The position numbers were made by a program, and so were the translations under genes. Below, piece by piece: positions 9,646-18,018 of a stretch of DNA of 64,000 bases (within the stretch, counting starts at the first letter, position 1; each line of letters begins with the position of its first letter). The notes under the pieces were generated by a model. The model made no database searches and had not been told where the DNA came from. It worked only from the letters and a program-made list of their open reading frames with translations. The stretch lies in NCBI GenBank assembly GCA_937900255.1, contig CALCDZ010000003.1, forward strand, positions 191,149-255,148. The letters run 5' to 3'. This DNA is from an uncultured bacterium. Its GTDB lineage: Bacteria; Patescibacteriota; Patescibacteriia; SG8-24; DYFX01.

Positions 9646-10121
9646 GATGTGAGCGGGGTTTCGCCCTCCTGAAAGGCGTCGGCCAGGATCTCGGAGGCTG
9701 CTTGTTCGCTCAATTCCGGATGGCGGAATATGGCGTAGGCGAATCGGCCACCCCCATCCTTGCACGCGACGATCGCTGCTCCGGTACAGGGTGGACAGGA
9801 GAAGGTGCACCCTATTTCGGCCTCTGGCGGGACTCCCGGAAGGCATGCGATTATCGATCGGAGGATCTCTCTTTGTGGCATGTGAGAAGGATCGGAAATC
9901 CACGTGACCCTGCCTTGGCCGGCGCTGAGTACCACGACGCCGCTGAATCCTACGATGACGGTATCCTCCGCCGCCATCGTTTCCGGCGCGCCGTCGATGA
10001 GTTGGTGCGGCATCTCGCCGCCCATGATGTCCACGAGGATGTTGAAGGTCCCCAGTAGCGCATCATCCGGGAACAGCCCGTTGGCGAGTGCTTGAACGGT
10101 CACGATGTCGATCTTTTTCAT
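9642..10121 (-). CDS. hypothetical acidic protein
   Basis: The 159-aa ORF is convergent with tgt, and no family was recognised. Its stop abuts the shared terminator. Confidence 0.5.
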   Translation of the reverse strand: MKKIDIVTVQALANGLFPDDALLGTFNILVDIMGGEMPHQLIDGAPETMAAEDTVIVGFSGVVVLSAGQGRVTWISDPSHMPQREILRSIIACLPGVPPEAEIGCTFSCPPCTGAAIVACKDGGGRFAYAIFRHPELSEQAASEILADAFQEGETPLTS

Positions 10122-10180
10122 GGCATTCCTCCGGGTGAATGACCTGGCTGCATCTCAGCAGGAATCCGGAGTTCCGTCAA

Positions 10181-10207
10181 TGAAAAAACCGCCATCAGCT
10201 AGCGGTT
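10181..10207 (-). terminator. rho-independent terminator for 10195..10704 (minus strand)
   Basis: The hairpin AACCGC-(9 nt)-GCGGTT overlaps the stop codon. An A5 run on the plus strand gives a T5 run on the minus strand. Confidence 0.4.
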
Positions 10208-10704
10208 GCGTCTTGATCGAGCCCTAGGTCTAGGTCGTCCACGACTTCCTTGAGGATCTGCTGCGCCAATCGCAGGCTGACGCCTGGATGACGATGGAAG
10301 GTCGTCGTCAATCGGCCTTCTGGATCCCGCCAGACGATCGCTGCGGCCAGCGTTGCCGGGAAAAGGTCCGGGATCTCAGGCTCTCCCTCGTCGAGGGCGG
10401 CGAGGTCACCGATCGGCAGTCCTTGGATTGCCTCCACGGCGGCGAAGATGACTTCTCGGTTGAGGGCATCATCGCAGAATGTGCCCGCATACGTACATTC
10501 GTCCTCGCCAAGATGGGAAAGTCCGACTGCGCCGACCATCTCAGCCTTGCAGTCAGGCTGGTCATCGGCCGGGCTTATGGCCGTAAGGGCATCGTTACGG
10601 ACTTCGATGATGGTGAGGAGTGCGGCGACCTGCTCCGGGGACTCTTGGCCGAACGTCTTGATCACCAGTACCAGGATATCCGAGGGGCTCAATGGCGTGG
10701 ACAC
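10195..10704 (-). CDS. hypothetical acidic protein
   Basis: The 169-aa ORF has host-like codon usage and a strongly acidic C-terminal region. No family was recognised. Confidence 0.5.
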   Translation of the reverse strand: MSTPLSPSDILVLVIKTFGQESPEQVAALLTIIEVRNDALTAISPADDQPDCKAEMVGAVGLSHLGEDECTYAGTFCDDALNREVIFAAVEAIQGLPIGDLAALDEGEPEIPDLFPATLAAAIVWRDPEGRLTTTFHRHPGVSLRLAQQILKEVVDDLDLGLDQDATAS

Positions 10705-10762
10705 GTTGACTCCTTATGGTGGGACATCGGCATCTAAGCCCCAAGACGCCGAAAAGTCAAGT

Positions 10763-11791
10763 CTACAGGATCAGCATCGCGTCCCCGTAGCTGTAGAAGC
10801 GGTAGCCCTTCTTCACGGCCGTCCTGTAAGCGTGCAGGATCTTGTCGCGTCCGGCGAGGGCGGAGACGAGCACGAGCAGGGTCGATTTCGGGAGGTGGAA
10901 GTTGGTCATGAGGGCGTCGATGACCTTGAACCGGAATCCGGGCGTGATGAAGATATCGACGTCGCCGTGCCAGGGCCGGATCTCGCCGCCGCATCTTTCG
11001 GCGGCGCCTTCCAGCGCGCGCGCGGCGGTCGTGCCTACGGCGATCACGCGTCGGCGCTCCACCTTGGCCTGCAGGATGCCGTAGGCCGTCGCTTCCGGGA
11101 TCTCGACCCACTCCGCGTGCATCCGGTGCATGCCGAGGTCCTCCGAGCGGATCGGCATGAACGTGCCGAGCCCGACGTGCAGCGTCACTTCCAGGAACGT
11201 CACGCCTTTCTTCTTCAGCTTCGCGATGAGCGGTTTCGTCAGGTGGAACCCGGCGGTCGGCGCGGCGACCGAGCCGGGCGTCCGGGCGTAGACCGTCTGG
11301 TATTCCGCCGGCGTGCGGGGCTTGCGGGTGATGTAGGGCGGCAGCGGCACGTCGCCGTAGCGGTCGGCCTTGCGCAGGGCGGCGTCGGCCGGGCATCCGA
11401 AATCGACCAGCACGGAGCCGTCGGACTCCTTCCATTCCACGGTCGCGACGAAACCCGGCGCGATGCGGATCTTCGAACCAGGCAGGAGCTTGCGCCCGGG
11501 CTTGGCGAGCGCGCGCCAGAACTTCCCCTCGGGGCGGACGAGGAACAGTTCGACCGGAGTCTTCTTGGCGTCATCGAGCGTCCCCGACAGCCGCGCCTTG
11601 AAGACCTTGCTGACGTTCACGACCAGGACGTCGCCTGCCTGGAGGATGTCCGGCAGGTCCCTGACCTTCGCGTGCTTCAGGGAATCCTTGGTGCGGTCCA
11701 GGACCAGAAGCCGGGCTGATTCGCGCGGGGAAGCCGGTTTCTGCGCGATGAGCCTTTCGGGGAGCTGATAGTCGAAGTCGGCGGTGCGCAT
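10763..11791 (-). CDS. queA: S-adenosylmethionine:tRNA ribosyltransferase-isomerase
   Basis: The ORF is 10763..11803, and the likely start is MRTADFDYQLPERLIAQ. It carries the QueA motifs (LLVLDRT, GDVLVVN, LPPYI, AAPTAGFHLT). Confidence 0.9.
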   Translation of the reverse strand: MRTADFDYQLPERLIAQKPASPRESARLLVLDRTKDSLKHAKVRDLPDILQAGDVLVVNVSKVFKARLSGTLDDAKKTPVELFLVRPEGKFWRALAKPGRKLLPGSKIRIAPGFVATVEWKESDGSVLVDFGCPADAALRKADRYGDVPLPPYITRKPRTPAEYQTVYARTPGSVAAPTAGFHLTKPLIAKLKKKGVTFLEVTLHVGLGTFMPIRSEDLGMHRMHAEWVEIPEATAYGILQAKVERRRVIAVGTTAARALEGAAERCGGEIRPWHGDVDIFITPGFRFKVIDALMTNFHLPKSTLLVLVSALAGRDKILHAYRTAVKKGYRFYSYGDAMLIL

Positions 11792-11877
11792 ATGCGCCGC
11801 CATTGTAGCACGAAGGGGTGCTCACGACGACGGAGCGGCTTCCTTTCCGGCATTTTTTCTCCTACACTGGTCTTGCT

Positions 11878-12723
11878 ATGCCAGAACTTCCGGAAGTCGA
11901 AACCTTGCGACGGCAGCTTGAGCGGGCGGCCATCGGCAGGAAGATCAAAAGCGTCGACGTGCGCTTCGGCGGACGTTTGCGGCCGTCTCCTCCGACATTC
12001 GTCGCTGCCGTGACGGGCGCATCTTTCAGGTCGTTCGACCGCCGCGCCAAGCTCCTGCTCGCGCGCCTCTCGAACGGCTGGACGATCGTCACCCACCTGA
12101 AGATGACCGGTTCTTACCTCATCAAGAAGGCCGGAACGCCCCCTCCGAAGCACGTGCACGTCGTGTTCCGTCTCGACAAGAAGGAGGACCTGTGGTTCGA
12201 CGACATGCGCAAGTTCGGGTTCCTGCAGGTCATCCGGACGAAGGATATCGATCGGGAACTGCTCGACGGGAAGGCCTATGGGCCCGAGCCGCTGGATCCA
12301 TCCTTCACCTTCGCGCGGTTCCGGATGTGCGTGACCGGCCGGCCTTCGAAGAAGATCAAGCCGCTCCTCATGGACCAATCCTGCATCGCCGGAATCGGCA
12401 ACATCTATGCCGACGAAGCTGTCTGGTACGGGCGCGTCCATCCTGAACGGACCGTCGGTTCGCTCTCCGAAGCCGAACTGCGCGGCATCTATAGGGGAAC
12501 GATCAAGACGCTGCGGGATTCGGTCGCCCGCCAGGGCACGTCGGCCGACCATTTCGTGGATCTCTACGGCGAAAAGGGGAAGAACGTGCCGCACCTGAAC
12601 GTCTACGGCCGGGCCGGAAAGGCCTGCCGTCGCTGCGGCGCGCCGCTCAGGAAGATCCGGGTCGCGCAGCGCGGCTCCGTCTATTGTCCGACATGCCAAA
12701 AGCCGCCACGGTCCGCAAGGTGA
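11878..12723 (+). CDS. mutM: formamidopyrimidine-DNA glycosylase
   Basis: The ATG at 11878 gives MPELPEVET, with the catalytic N-terminal Pro exposed after Met removal. A zinc-finger tail CRRCGAPL...YCPTCQ is present. The gene is divergent from queA. Confidence 0.9.
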   Translation: MPELPEVETLRRQLERAAIGRKIKSVDVRFGGRLRPSPPTFVAAVTGASFRSFDRRAKLLLARLSNGWTIVTHLKMTGSYLIKKAGTPPPKHVHVVFRLDKKEDLWFDDMRKFGFLQVIRTKDIDRELLDGKAYGPEPLDPSFTFARFRMCVTGRPSKKIKPLLMDQSCIAGIGNIYADEAVWYGRVHPERTVGSLSEAELRGIYRGTIKTLRDSVARQGTSADHFVDLYGEKGKNVPHLNVYGRAGKACRRCGAPLRKIRVAQRGSVYCPTCQKPPRSAR

Positions 12724-13337
12724 TTTCCGTCCTGAAGCGCGACTTCCCCGGAAAGGGCGCGGTCGAGCTCGATCGTCCGGAAGACGTCCTCCTCGCGACG
12801 GTCCTTTCGGCGCGCACGCGTGACGAACAGGTGCTGAAGGCCTACCCGAAGCTGCGCGCGCGGTTTCCGACCCTGGCGTCGCTCGCGGAGGCGTCCGCTT
12901 CGGAGATCGCCGACGCCATCAAGGAGATCGGCTTGTATCGCGCCAAGGCCAGGTCCGTGAAGGGGATCGCCGAAGCGCTGCTGCGCGATCATGCCGGCGC
13001 AGTGCCGAGGGCGATGGTAGGGCTCGTGGCGCTGCCGGGCGTCGGCCGCAAAACGGCCAACTGCGTCTTATGCTATGCTTTCAAGCAGCCGGCCATCGCG
13101 GTCGATACGCACGTTTTCCGCATCGCCAACCGCCTCGGCTGGACGAGAAGTCGGCGTCCGGAGGATACCGAACGGGCGCTCATGCGCCTCATTCCCAAGG
13201 ACCTCTGGCTGCACGTCAATCGCGTCTTCGTCCAGTTCGGAAGAGCGATTTGTCTCCCGGGTCATCCGCGCTGCTGGGCATGTCCCGTGTCGGCCTGGTG
13301 CCGATTCCCTGGAAAAACCAAGAAACCCCGCGCATGA
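12693..13337 (+). CDS. nth: endonuclease III
   Basis: A HhH-GPD fold is indicated (LVALPGVGRKTANCVL, catalytic Lys; AVDTHVFRI). A 4Fe-4S cluster ligand pattern CLPGHPRCWACPVSAWC is present. The gene overlaps the 3' end of mutM. Confidence 0.9.
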   Translation: MPKAATVRKVISVLKRDFPGKGAVELDRPEDVLLATVLSARTRDEQVLKAYPKLRARFPTLASLAEASASEIADAIKEIGLYRAKARSVKGIAEALLRDHAGAVPRAMVGLVALPGVGRKTANCVLCYAFKQPAIAVDTHVFRIANRLGWTRSRRPEDTERALMRLIPKDLWLHVNRVFVQFGRAICLPGHPRCWACPVSAWCRFPGKTKKPRA

Positions 13338-14893
13338 AAGTCAGGGCCTTCACGCTCGTCGAACTCCTCGTCACGACCACGATCATCGGCCTCCTGGCGG
13401 TGGCCGGGACGGCTTCATATTCGTTCGTTCGGGCCAAGGCGCGCGATGCCAAGCGCGTCGCGGACATCAGCACCATCCGCGACGCCGTCGAGATCTATTT
13501 CGAGCAGCACGGCAGCTATCCCATCTCCGGCCCGGAAGGTCTCGTGCTCGGGACGGACGAAGCGGCGATGATCACGGACGCCGGCATCACATCGCGAAGC
13601 CATGCGAGAGGGGCCGTCTATCTTCAGGGCGTGCCGTACAACATCCTCCCGGGCGGCATGCCTTACGTCTATCGTTCGAAAAACAAGAACGGCAGCTTAT
13701 GCATCGCCAGCTGTCCGTCATACGAGGTGACCTTCGCGCTTGAAGCGCCGACAGGTTCGCTCGCGGCCGGGCCCCACCTGCTGACGGACGCCGGATACAT
13801 GGGGTCCGAAGGGGGGGCGAGCGGCGTTTCACGGTATCAGGCCGTCCTCGCCTATGTGCCGACGCCCGAACAGCTCGCATCGGCTTTCGGCACCGCCAAG
13901 GAACTCTCCGTCTTGGCGCGCCAGTTCGCCGACCGCGGTGACGTGCAGGCCGCGAACGCGGGCATCATCGCGCCTGTTTCCGTCGCCAGTTCGATCCTCA
14001 GCCTGCTCGCCGGGCTTTCCGGCGTCCTGCCGCTCGCGAACGCCGGTCAAGCCCTGCTTCTTGTTTTCGCGCAGCCATTCCTGTTCCTTTCCCGCCGTCG
14101 CCGGCAGGGGTGGGGCGTCGTTTATAACGCGAACACGAAAGTCCCCCTCGACCTCGTTTCGGTCCGCTTGATCGATACGGCACGCAACCGCGTCGTCGCC
14201 ACCAAGGTCACGGATAAGGACGGACGTTTCTCGTTCGCGCCGAAGGCCGGGACGTATCGTCTGGAGGTCCTGAAGCCCGGTTTCGTCTTCCCGGCCGTCT
14301 CGCTTGAAGGCGCGTCCGTCGATGGGGCTTACGCGGACCTCTATTACGGTACGCTGATCGAGGCAGGCGCCGACGGCGTCACGCTGGCCCTGAACGTCCC
14401 GATGGACGTGGCGGGCGAACCTCCGGATGCCGTCCGTGCGCTCCTTTCAGAGCGCAACAGGCGCTCGATCCGCGGGACGTTCGCGGCTCTCGGTCCCGTC
14501 CTGGCCGCCATCTCCTTCGCGGCTTCACCTGGACTCCCGATGCTGCTGCTTTTCCTGGTCCAGCTCTTCTTCCTGCTGCTCTTCCGCCGGGTCGCCGAGC
14601 CTCCGGCTCCCAAGTCGCAGGGGACGGTCTACGACATCGACACCCGTCGTCCCGTCGCCCATGCGGTCGTGCGCGTCCTTTCGCTCCCGTATCACAAGGT
14701 GCTCGAGACCAAGCTGACCGATGCCGGCGGTCGGTACGGCTTCAACGTCGGTGCCGGGCTGTATGAGCTGACGGTCGTGAAACCCGGCTACGAGAAGACC
14801 GTCACGGATCCGATCGACTTCACGAAGATCGACAAGCCGGCTTGGATCGCGTCGGACCTGCCGATGCAGAAGCTCCCGCCCGGGAAGTCGTGA
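13334..14893 (+). CDS. type IV pilin-like (prepilin N-terminal methylation motif) protein fused to two TM-anchored carboxypeptidase-regulatory-like (transthyretin-like) domains
   Basis: The ATG at 13334 overlaps the nth stop (ATGA). The N-terminus MKVRAFTLVELLVTTTIIGLLAVAG is a class III signal peptide. A pilin-like domain of about 150 aa carries a CIASC disulfide pair. Two repeats follow, each of hydrophobic helices, an Arg-rich stretch and a beta-sandwich module (VVYNANTKVPL...GTYRLEVLKPGFVF and GTVYDIDTRRPV...GLYELTVVKPGYEK). Confidence 0.6.
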   Translation: MKVRAFTLVELLVTTTIIGLLAVAGTASYSFVRAKARDAKRVADISTIRDAVEIYFEQHGSYPISGPEGLVLGTDEAAMITDAGITSRSHARGAVYLQGVPYNILPGGMPYVYRSKNKNGSLCIASCPSYEVTFALEAPTGSLAAGPHLLTDAGYMGSEGGASGVSRYQAVLAYVPTPEQLASAFGTAKELSVLARQFADRGDVQAANAGIIAPVSVASSILSLLAGLSGVLPLANAGQALLLVFAQPFLFLSRRRRQGWGVVYNANTKVPLDLVSVRLIDTARNRVVATKVTDKDGRFSFAPKAGTYRLEVLKPGFVFPAVSLEGASVDGAYADLYYGTLIEAGADGVTLALNVPMDVAGEPPDAVRALLSERNRRSIRGTFAALGPVLAAISFAASPGLPMLLLFLVQLFFLLLFRRVAEPPAPKSQGTVYDIDTRRPVAHAVVRVLSLPYHKVLETKLTDAGGRYGFNVGAGLYELTVVKPGYEKTVTDPIDFTKIDKPAWIASDLPMQKLPPGKS

Positions 14894-14894
14894 C

Positions 14895-14920
14895 TTGCAT
14901 TTGCAACTAAGTTGCATTAC
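14895..14920. promoter_or_regulatory. AT-rich palindromic candidate metalloregulator (Zur-like) operator upstream of znuA
   Basis: The sequence TTGCATTTGCAAC-TAA-GTTGCATTAC has a perfect 6-bp inverted repeat TGCAAC/GTTGCA with a 3-nt spacer and a TTGCAT direct repeat. It lies 14-39 nt upstream of the znuA ATG. Confidence 0.3.
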
Positions 14921-14933
14921 CATGGCTGGTGAT

Positions 14934-15821
14934 ATGAAAAAACCCTTCTTGTTCCTGCTCGCGCTCGGCGCGGCCGCGCTCCTGCTCCTGGGGTTCTGGC
15001 CGGCTCATCGCGTGCCGGAAAAAGGTCCCAAAATCCAGGTCGTCGCCACGTTCTATCCGTTGGCCGAATTCGCGCGCCAAGTCGGCGGAGGGCGCGTCGA
15101 GGTCCGTGCGCTGGTGCCGGCTGGCGCCGAGCCGCATGACTACGAGCCGACCCCGCGGGATATCGTGGACGCGTCCCAGGCCGACGTCTTCCTGATGAAC
15201 GGCAGCGTCGATGCCTGGGCCGATCGCATCCTGCCGGATCTGCGGCGCGACGGCGTCTTGACGATGCGTCTCCAGGACGACATGCCTGACATCGCCCGCG
15301 ATCCTCACGTCTGGCTCGATCCGGTCCTGGCGGGCAAGGTGGTGGAGAAGATCCATGCCGCGCTCGCGGCAGCCGACGCGGGGGATGCCGCCGAGTTCGA
15401 CACGAACGCGTCCGCATACCTGTCCTCGCTCGCGGAGTTGGATGGCGAGTACCGCAAAGGCCTCTCCGCATGCGCCAGTCACCGCGTCGTGGCTTCCCAT
15501 GACGCGCTCGGATATATGGCCAAGGAATACGGGCTCGATGTCGTCCCGATTTCGGGGCTTTCTCCGGACGAGGAACCGTCGCCTGCCCGCATGGCGGAAA
15601 TCGCCGCGCTTGCCAGGTCCGCAGGGGCGAAATACATCTTCACCGAAGCGCTCGTCAGCCCGAAGCTGGCGCAAGCCATCGCCGAAGAGGTCGGCGCCAA
15701 GACGCTGGTCTTCGATCCTCTCGAGGGATTGACCGCGCAGGACGCCGAGTCCGGAAGGACATATCTCTCCGTCATGCGCGACAATCTTTCTCATTTGCGT
15801 ACGGCACTCTCATGCAAGTGA
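14934..15821 (+). CDS. znuA: zinc/metal ABC transporter substrate-binding protein (TroA/ZnuA family)
   Basis: The start is MKKPFLFLLALGAAALLLLG (signal). The metal-binding His/Asp pattern includes VVATFYPLAEF, EPHDYEPTPRD and DPHVWLDP. Confidence 0.8.
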   Translation: MKKPFLFLLALGAAALLLLGFWPAHRVPEKGPKIQVVATFYPLAEFARQVGGGRVEVRALVPAGAEPHDYEPTPRDIVDASQADVFLMNGSVDAWADRILPDLRRDGVLTMRLQDDMPDIARDPHVWLDPVLAGKVVEKIHAALAAADAGDAAEFDTNASAYLSSLAELDGEYRKGLSACASHRVVASHDALGYMAKEYGLDVVPISGLSPDEEPSPARMAEIAALARSAGAKYIFTEALVSPKLAQAIAEEVGAKTLVFDPLEGLTAQDAESGRTYLSVMRDNLSHLRTALSCK

Positions 15822-16591
15822 ACAGCGGACTGGCCATCGAGGCCGGCAATCTTTCATATGGGTACGGCGGCGTCTCGGCTCTTAAGGACGTCGGCTTCGT
15901 CTTGAGGGAGGGGGAATATCTCGCGGTCATCGGCCCGAACGGCGGCGGAAAGACCACGCTCATCAAGCTGCTGCTCGGCATCCTGGAGCCGACCTCCGGC
16001 TTCGTTCGCATCCACGGGCGGCCGGCCTCTGACCGGCGCGCGCGTCTGGACGTGGGGTACGTGCCGCAGCGCGTCTCGTCCGAGGCCGCGGAGTTTCCGG
16101 CGACGGTCCGCGAGATCGTCGAAAGCGGGCGCACCCCGCGCCGCAGGGCCTTCAGCCGCCGGAGCGCGGCCGACCGGGAAGCCGTCGACCATGCGCTTGA
16201 GACGCTGGAGATCGCCGACCTGTCCGACAGGACGATCGGCTCGCTCTCCGGCGGCCAGCGGCAGCGGGCCTTCATCGCCCGTGCCGTGGCGGGGGAGCCG
16301 CGCATCCTGATCCTCGACGAACCGACGGTCGGCGTCGACCATTCGGCGCAGGAAGCGTTCCGGCAGTTCCTGACGCACGCCAACCGGGAACACGGCATGA
16401 CCATCGTCTTCGTCACGCACGATGTCGAGTTCGTCTCCCGCGAGGCGACCTCGGTGCTCTGCCTGAACCACTCGCTCGTCTGCCACGGGCGTCCGGGCGA
16501 ATACCTGAAGGAGGACTTCCTCGTGCGCCTCTATGGACGCGAGGTCAAGCTCGTCGAGCACGAGCACCATGACGGACACGGCCATGTTTGA
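15812..16591 (+). CDS. znuC: zinc ABC transporter ATP-binding protein with His-rich C-terminal tail
   Basis: Walker A (GPNGGGKTT), ABC signature (LSGGQRQR) and Walker B (ILILDEP) are present. The C-terminus HEHHDGHGHV is His-rich. Confidence 0.85.
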   Translation: MQVNSGLAIEAGNLSYGYGGVSALKDVGFVLREGEYLAVIGPNGGGKTTLIKLLLGILEPTSGFVRIHGRPASDRRARLDVGYVPQRVSSEAAEFPATVREIVESGRTPRRRAFSRRSAADREAVDHALETLEIADLSDRTIGSLSGGQRQRAFIARAVAGEPRILILDEPTVGVDHSAQEAFRQFLTHANREHGMTIVFVTHDVEFVSREATSVLCLNHSLVCHGRPGEYLKEDFLVRLYGREVKLVEHEHHDGHGHV

Positions 16592-17381
16592 GATCTTCCG
16601 ATACGATTTCCTGGTGCGCGGATTGGTCGCGTCCTTGACGGTCGCGGTCTTGGCGCCCTCGATCGGCATGTTCCTGGTCGTGCGCCGCCAAGCGTTTTTG
16701 GCGGATACGTTGGCGCACGTTTCCTTGGCCGGCGTGGCCGCGGGGCTGCTCTTCAGCTTCAATCCGGTCGCCGGCGCGATCGGCGCTTCGCTCCTGGCCG
16801 CCATCCTGATCGAAAAGCTGCGCCTCAAACAGGGTTTTTTCGGGGAATCATCGCTCTCGCTCATCTTGTCCGGTTCGCTTGCGCTCGCAGTCATCATGAT
16901 CGGCTTGGCCAGGAGCCTCGGAGCCAGCCTTTTCAGCTACCTGTTCGGCAGCGTCACGACGGTCGGACGCTTCGATGTCGGCGTCATCTTGGCGCTCGGC
17001 GCGACCGTGCTGACCGTCGTCTTCGTCGGATACCGCCAATTCTTCCTGGTCTCGCTCGACGAGGAACTGGCCCTCTCCGGCGGCCTGCGTGCCCAAGGGT
17101 TCAACCTGCTCTTGACGGCCCTCTCCGGCTTGACGATCGCCCTCTCGCTCCGGATCGTCGGGGCGCTCCTGGTCGGAGCCTTGATGGTCATCCCGGTCCT
17201 GGCGGCTTCGCGTTTCGGCATGGGCTTCCGCCGGACGCATCTCTTGGCCGCCGCCTTGTCCGTCTTCTCGGTCCTGATCGGTTTCTTCCTTTCCTATGCG
17301 CTCGACCTGGCCGCGGGCGGAACGATCGTCGGCGTCGCCATCCTGATCTTCCTCGCGGCCTTGCTGTTCGGCCGGCGCTGA
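16569..17381 (+). CDS. znuB: zinc ABC transporter permease
   Basis: This is a multi-TM ABC-3 family permease (FLVRGLVASLTVAVLAPSIG...). Its start overlaps the znuC 3' end. Confidence 0.85.
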   Translation: MTDTAMFEIFRYDFLVRGLVASLTVAVLAPSIGMFLVVRRQAFLADTLAHVSLAGVAAGLLFSFNPVAGAIGASLLAAILIEKLRLKQGFFGESSLSLILSGSLALAVIMIGLARSLGASLFSYLFGSVTTVGRFDVGVILALGATVLTVVFVGYRQFFLVSLDEELALSGGLRAQGFNLLLTALSGLTIALSLRIVGALLVGALMVIPVLAASRFGMGFRRTHLLAAALSVFSVLIGFFLSYALDLAAGGTIVGVAILIFLAALLFGRR

Positions 17382-17424
17382 CCGCCTTTCCAAAACGGCC
17401 GTCTCCGCCTACTATGGAGGGGAT

Positions 17425-18018
17425 ATGCCAGCACGTCTCGACCTCCTCATGTTCCATGCCCTCAATGGGGTCGCCGGCCGTTCGATCCCGGTCGACAGCC
17501 TTTTCGTCTTCGGCGCCAAGCACGCGATTTATCTCATGGGGGCGCTGCTCGTCGCCTACGTCGTCGTCTCATGGGGAACGGACCGTTTCGAGGAACGGTT
17601 CGAACATTTCGTCTCCGCCGCCGTCGCCGGAGCGATCGGGTACGTTTCCGAGAATCTGATCGGTTTCATCTGGTTCCGTCCGAGGCCGTTCGCCGTCCTC
17701 TCGGACGCCGTCAAGCTCATCGAGAAATCCGGGCTGGAAAAATCCTTCCCGTCCGGTCATGCGACCATCGCTTTTTCTCTCGCGTTCTCCGTCTTCCTGA
17801 GGAACAGGACATGGGGCTTTCCGCTCATGGCGCTTGCGGTTTTCGTCGGCGTTTCCCGCGTGGTCGTCGGCGTCCATTACCCGTCTGATGTCCTTGGCGG
17901 CGCCGTGCTCGGGTGTCTGGCCGCCGCAGTCGCCGCGCCCGCCAAGAGGCGGATCGAGCCGTATCTCGATCTTTTCGCGTTCTTCAGGAACGGCAAACGG
18001 AAGGAGCGCACGTCATGA
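17425..18018 (+). CDS. PAP2-superfamily phosphatase (undecaprenyl-diphosphatase / phosphatidic acid phosphatase-like)
   Basis: The PAP2 motifs KxxxxxxRP-like, PSGH and SRVVVGVHYPSDV are present in a multi-TM protein. Confidence 0.75.
   Translation: MPARLDLLMFHALNGVAGRSIPVDSLFVFGAKHAIYLMGALLVAYVVVSWGTDRFEERFEHFVSAAVAGAIGYVSENLIGFIWFRPRPFAVLSDAVKLIEKSGLEKSFPSGHATIAFSLAFSVFLRNRTWGFPLMALAVFVGVSRVVVGVHYPSDVLGGAVLGCLAAAVAAPAKRRIEPYLDLFAFFRNGKRKERTS

Noticed and set aside
10448-11719. Plus-strand 423-aa ORF antisense to queA
   Set aside because: It has no recognisable domains. queA on the minus strand is clearly real, so this is an antisense artefact.
15854-16897. Minus-strand 347-aa ORF across znuC/znuB
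   Set aside because: It is antisense to strongly supported ABC transporter genes, with no family similarity.
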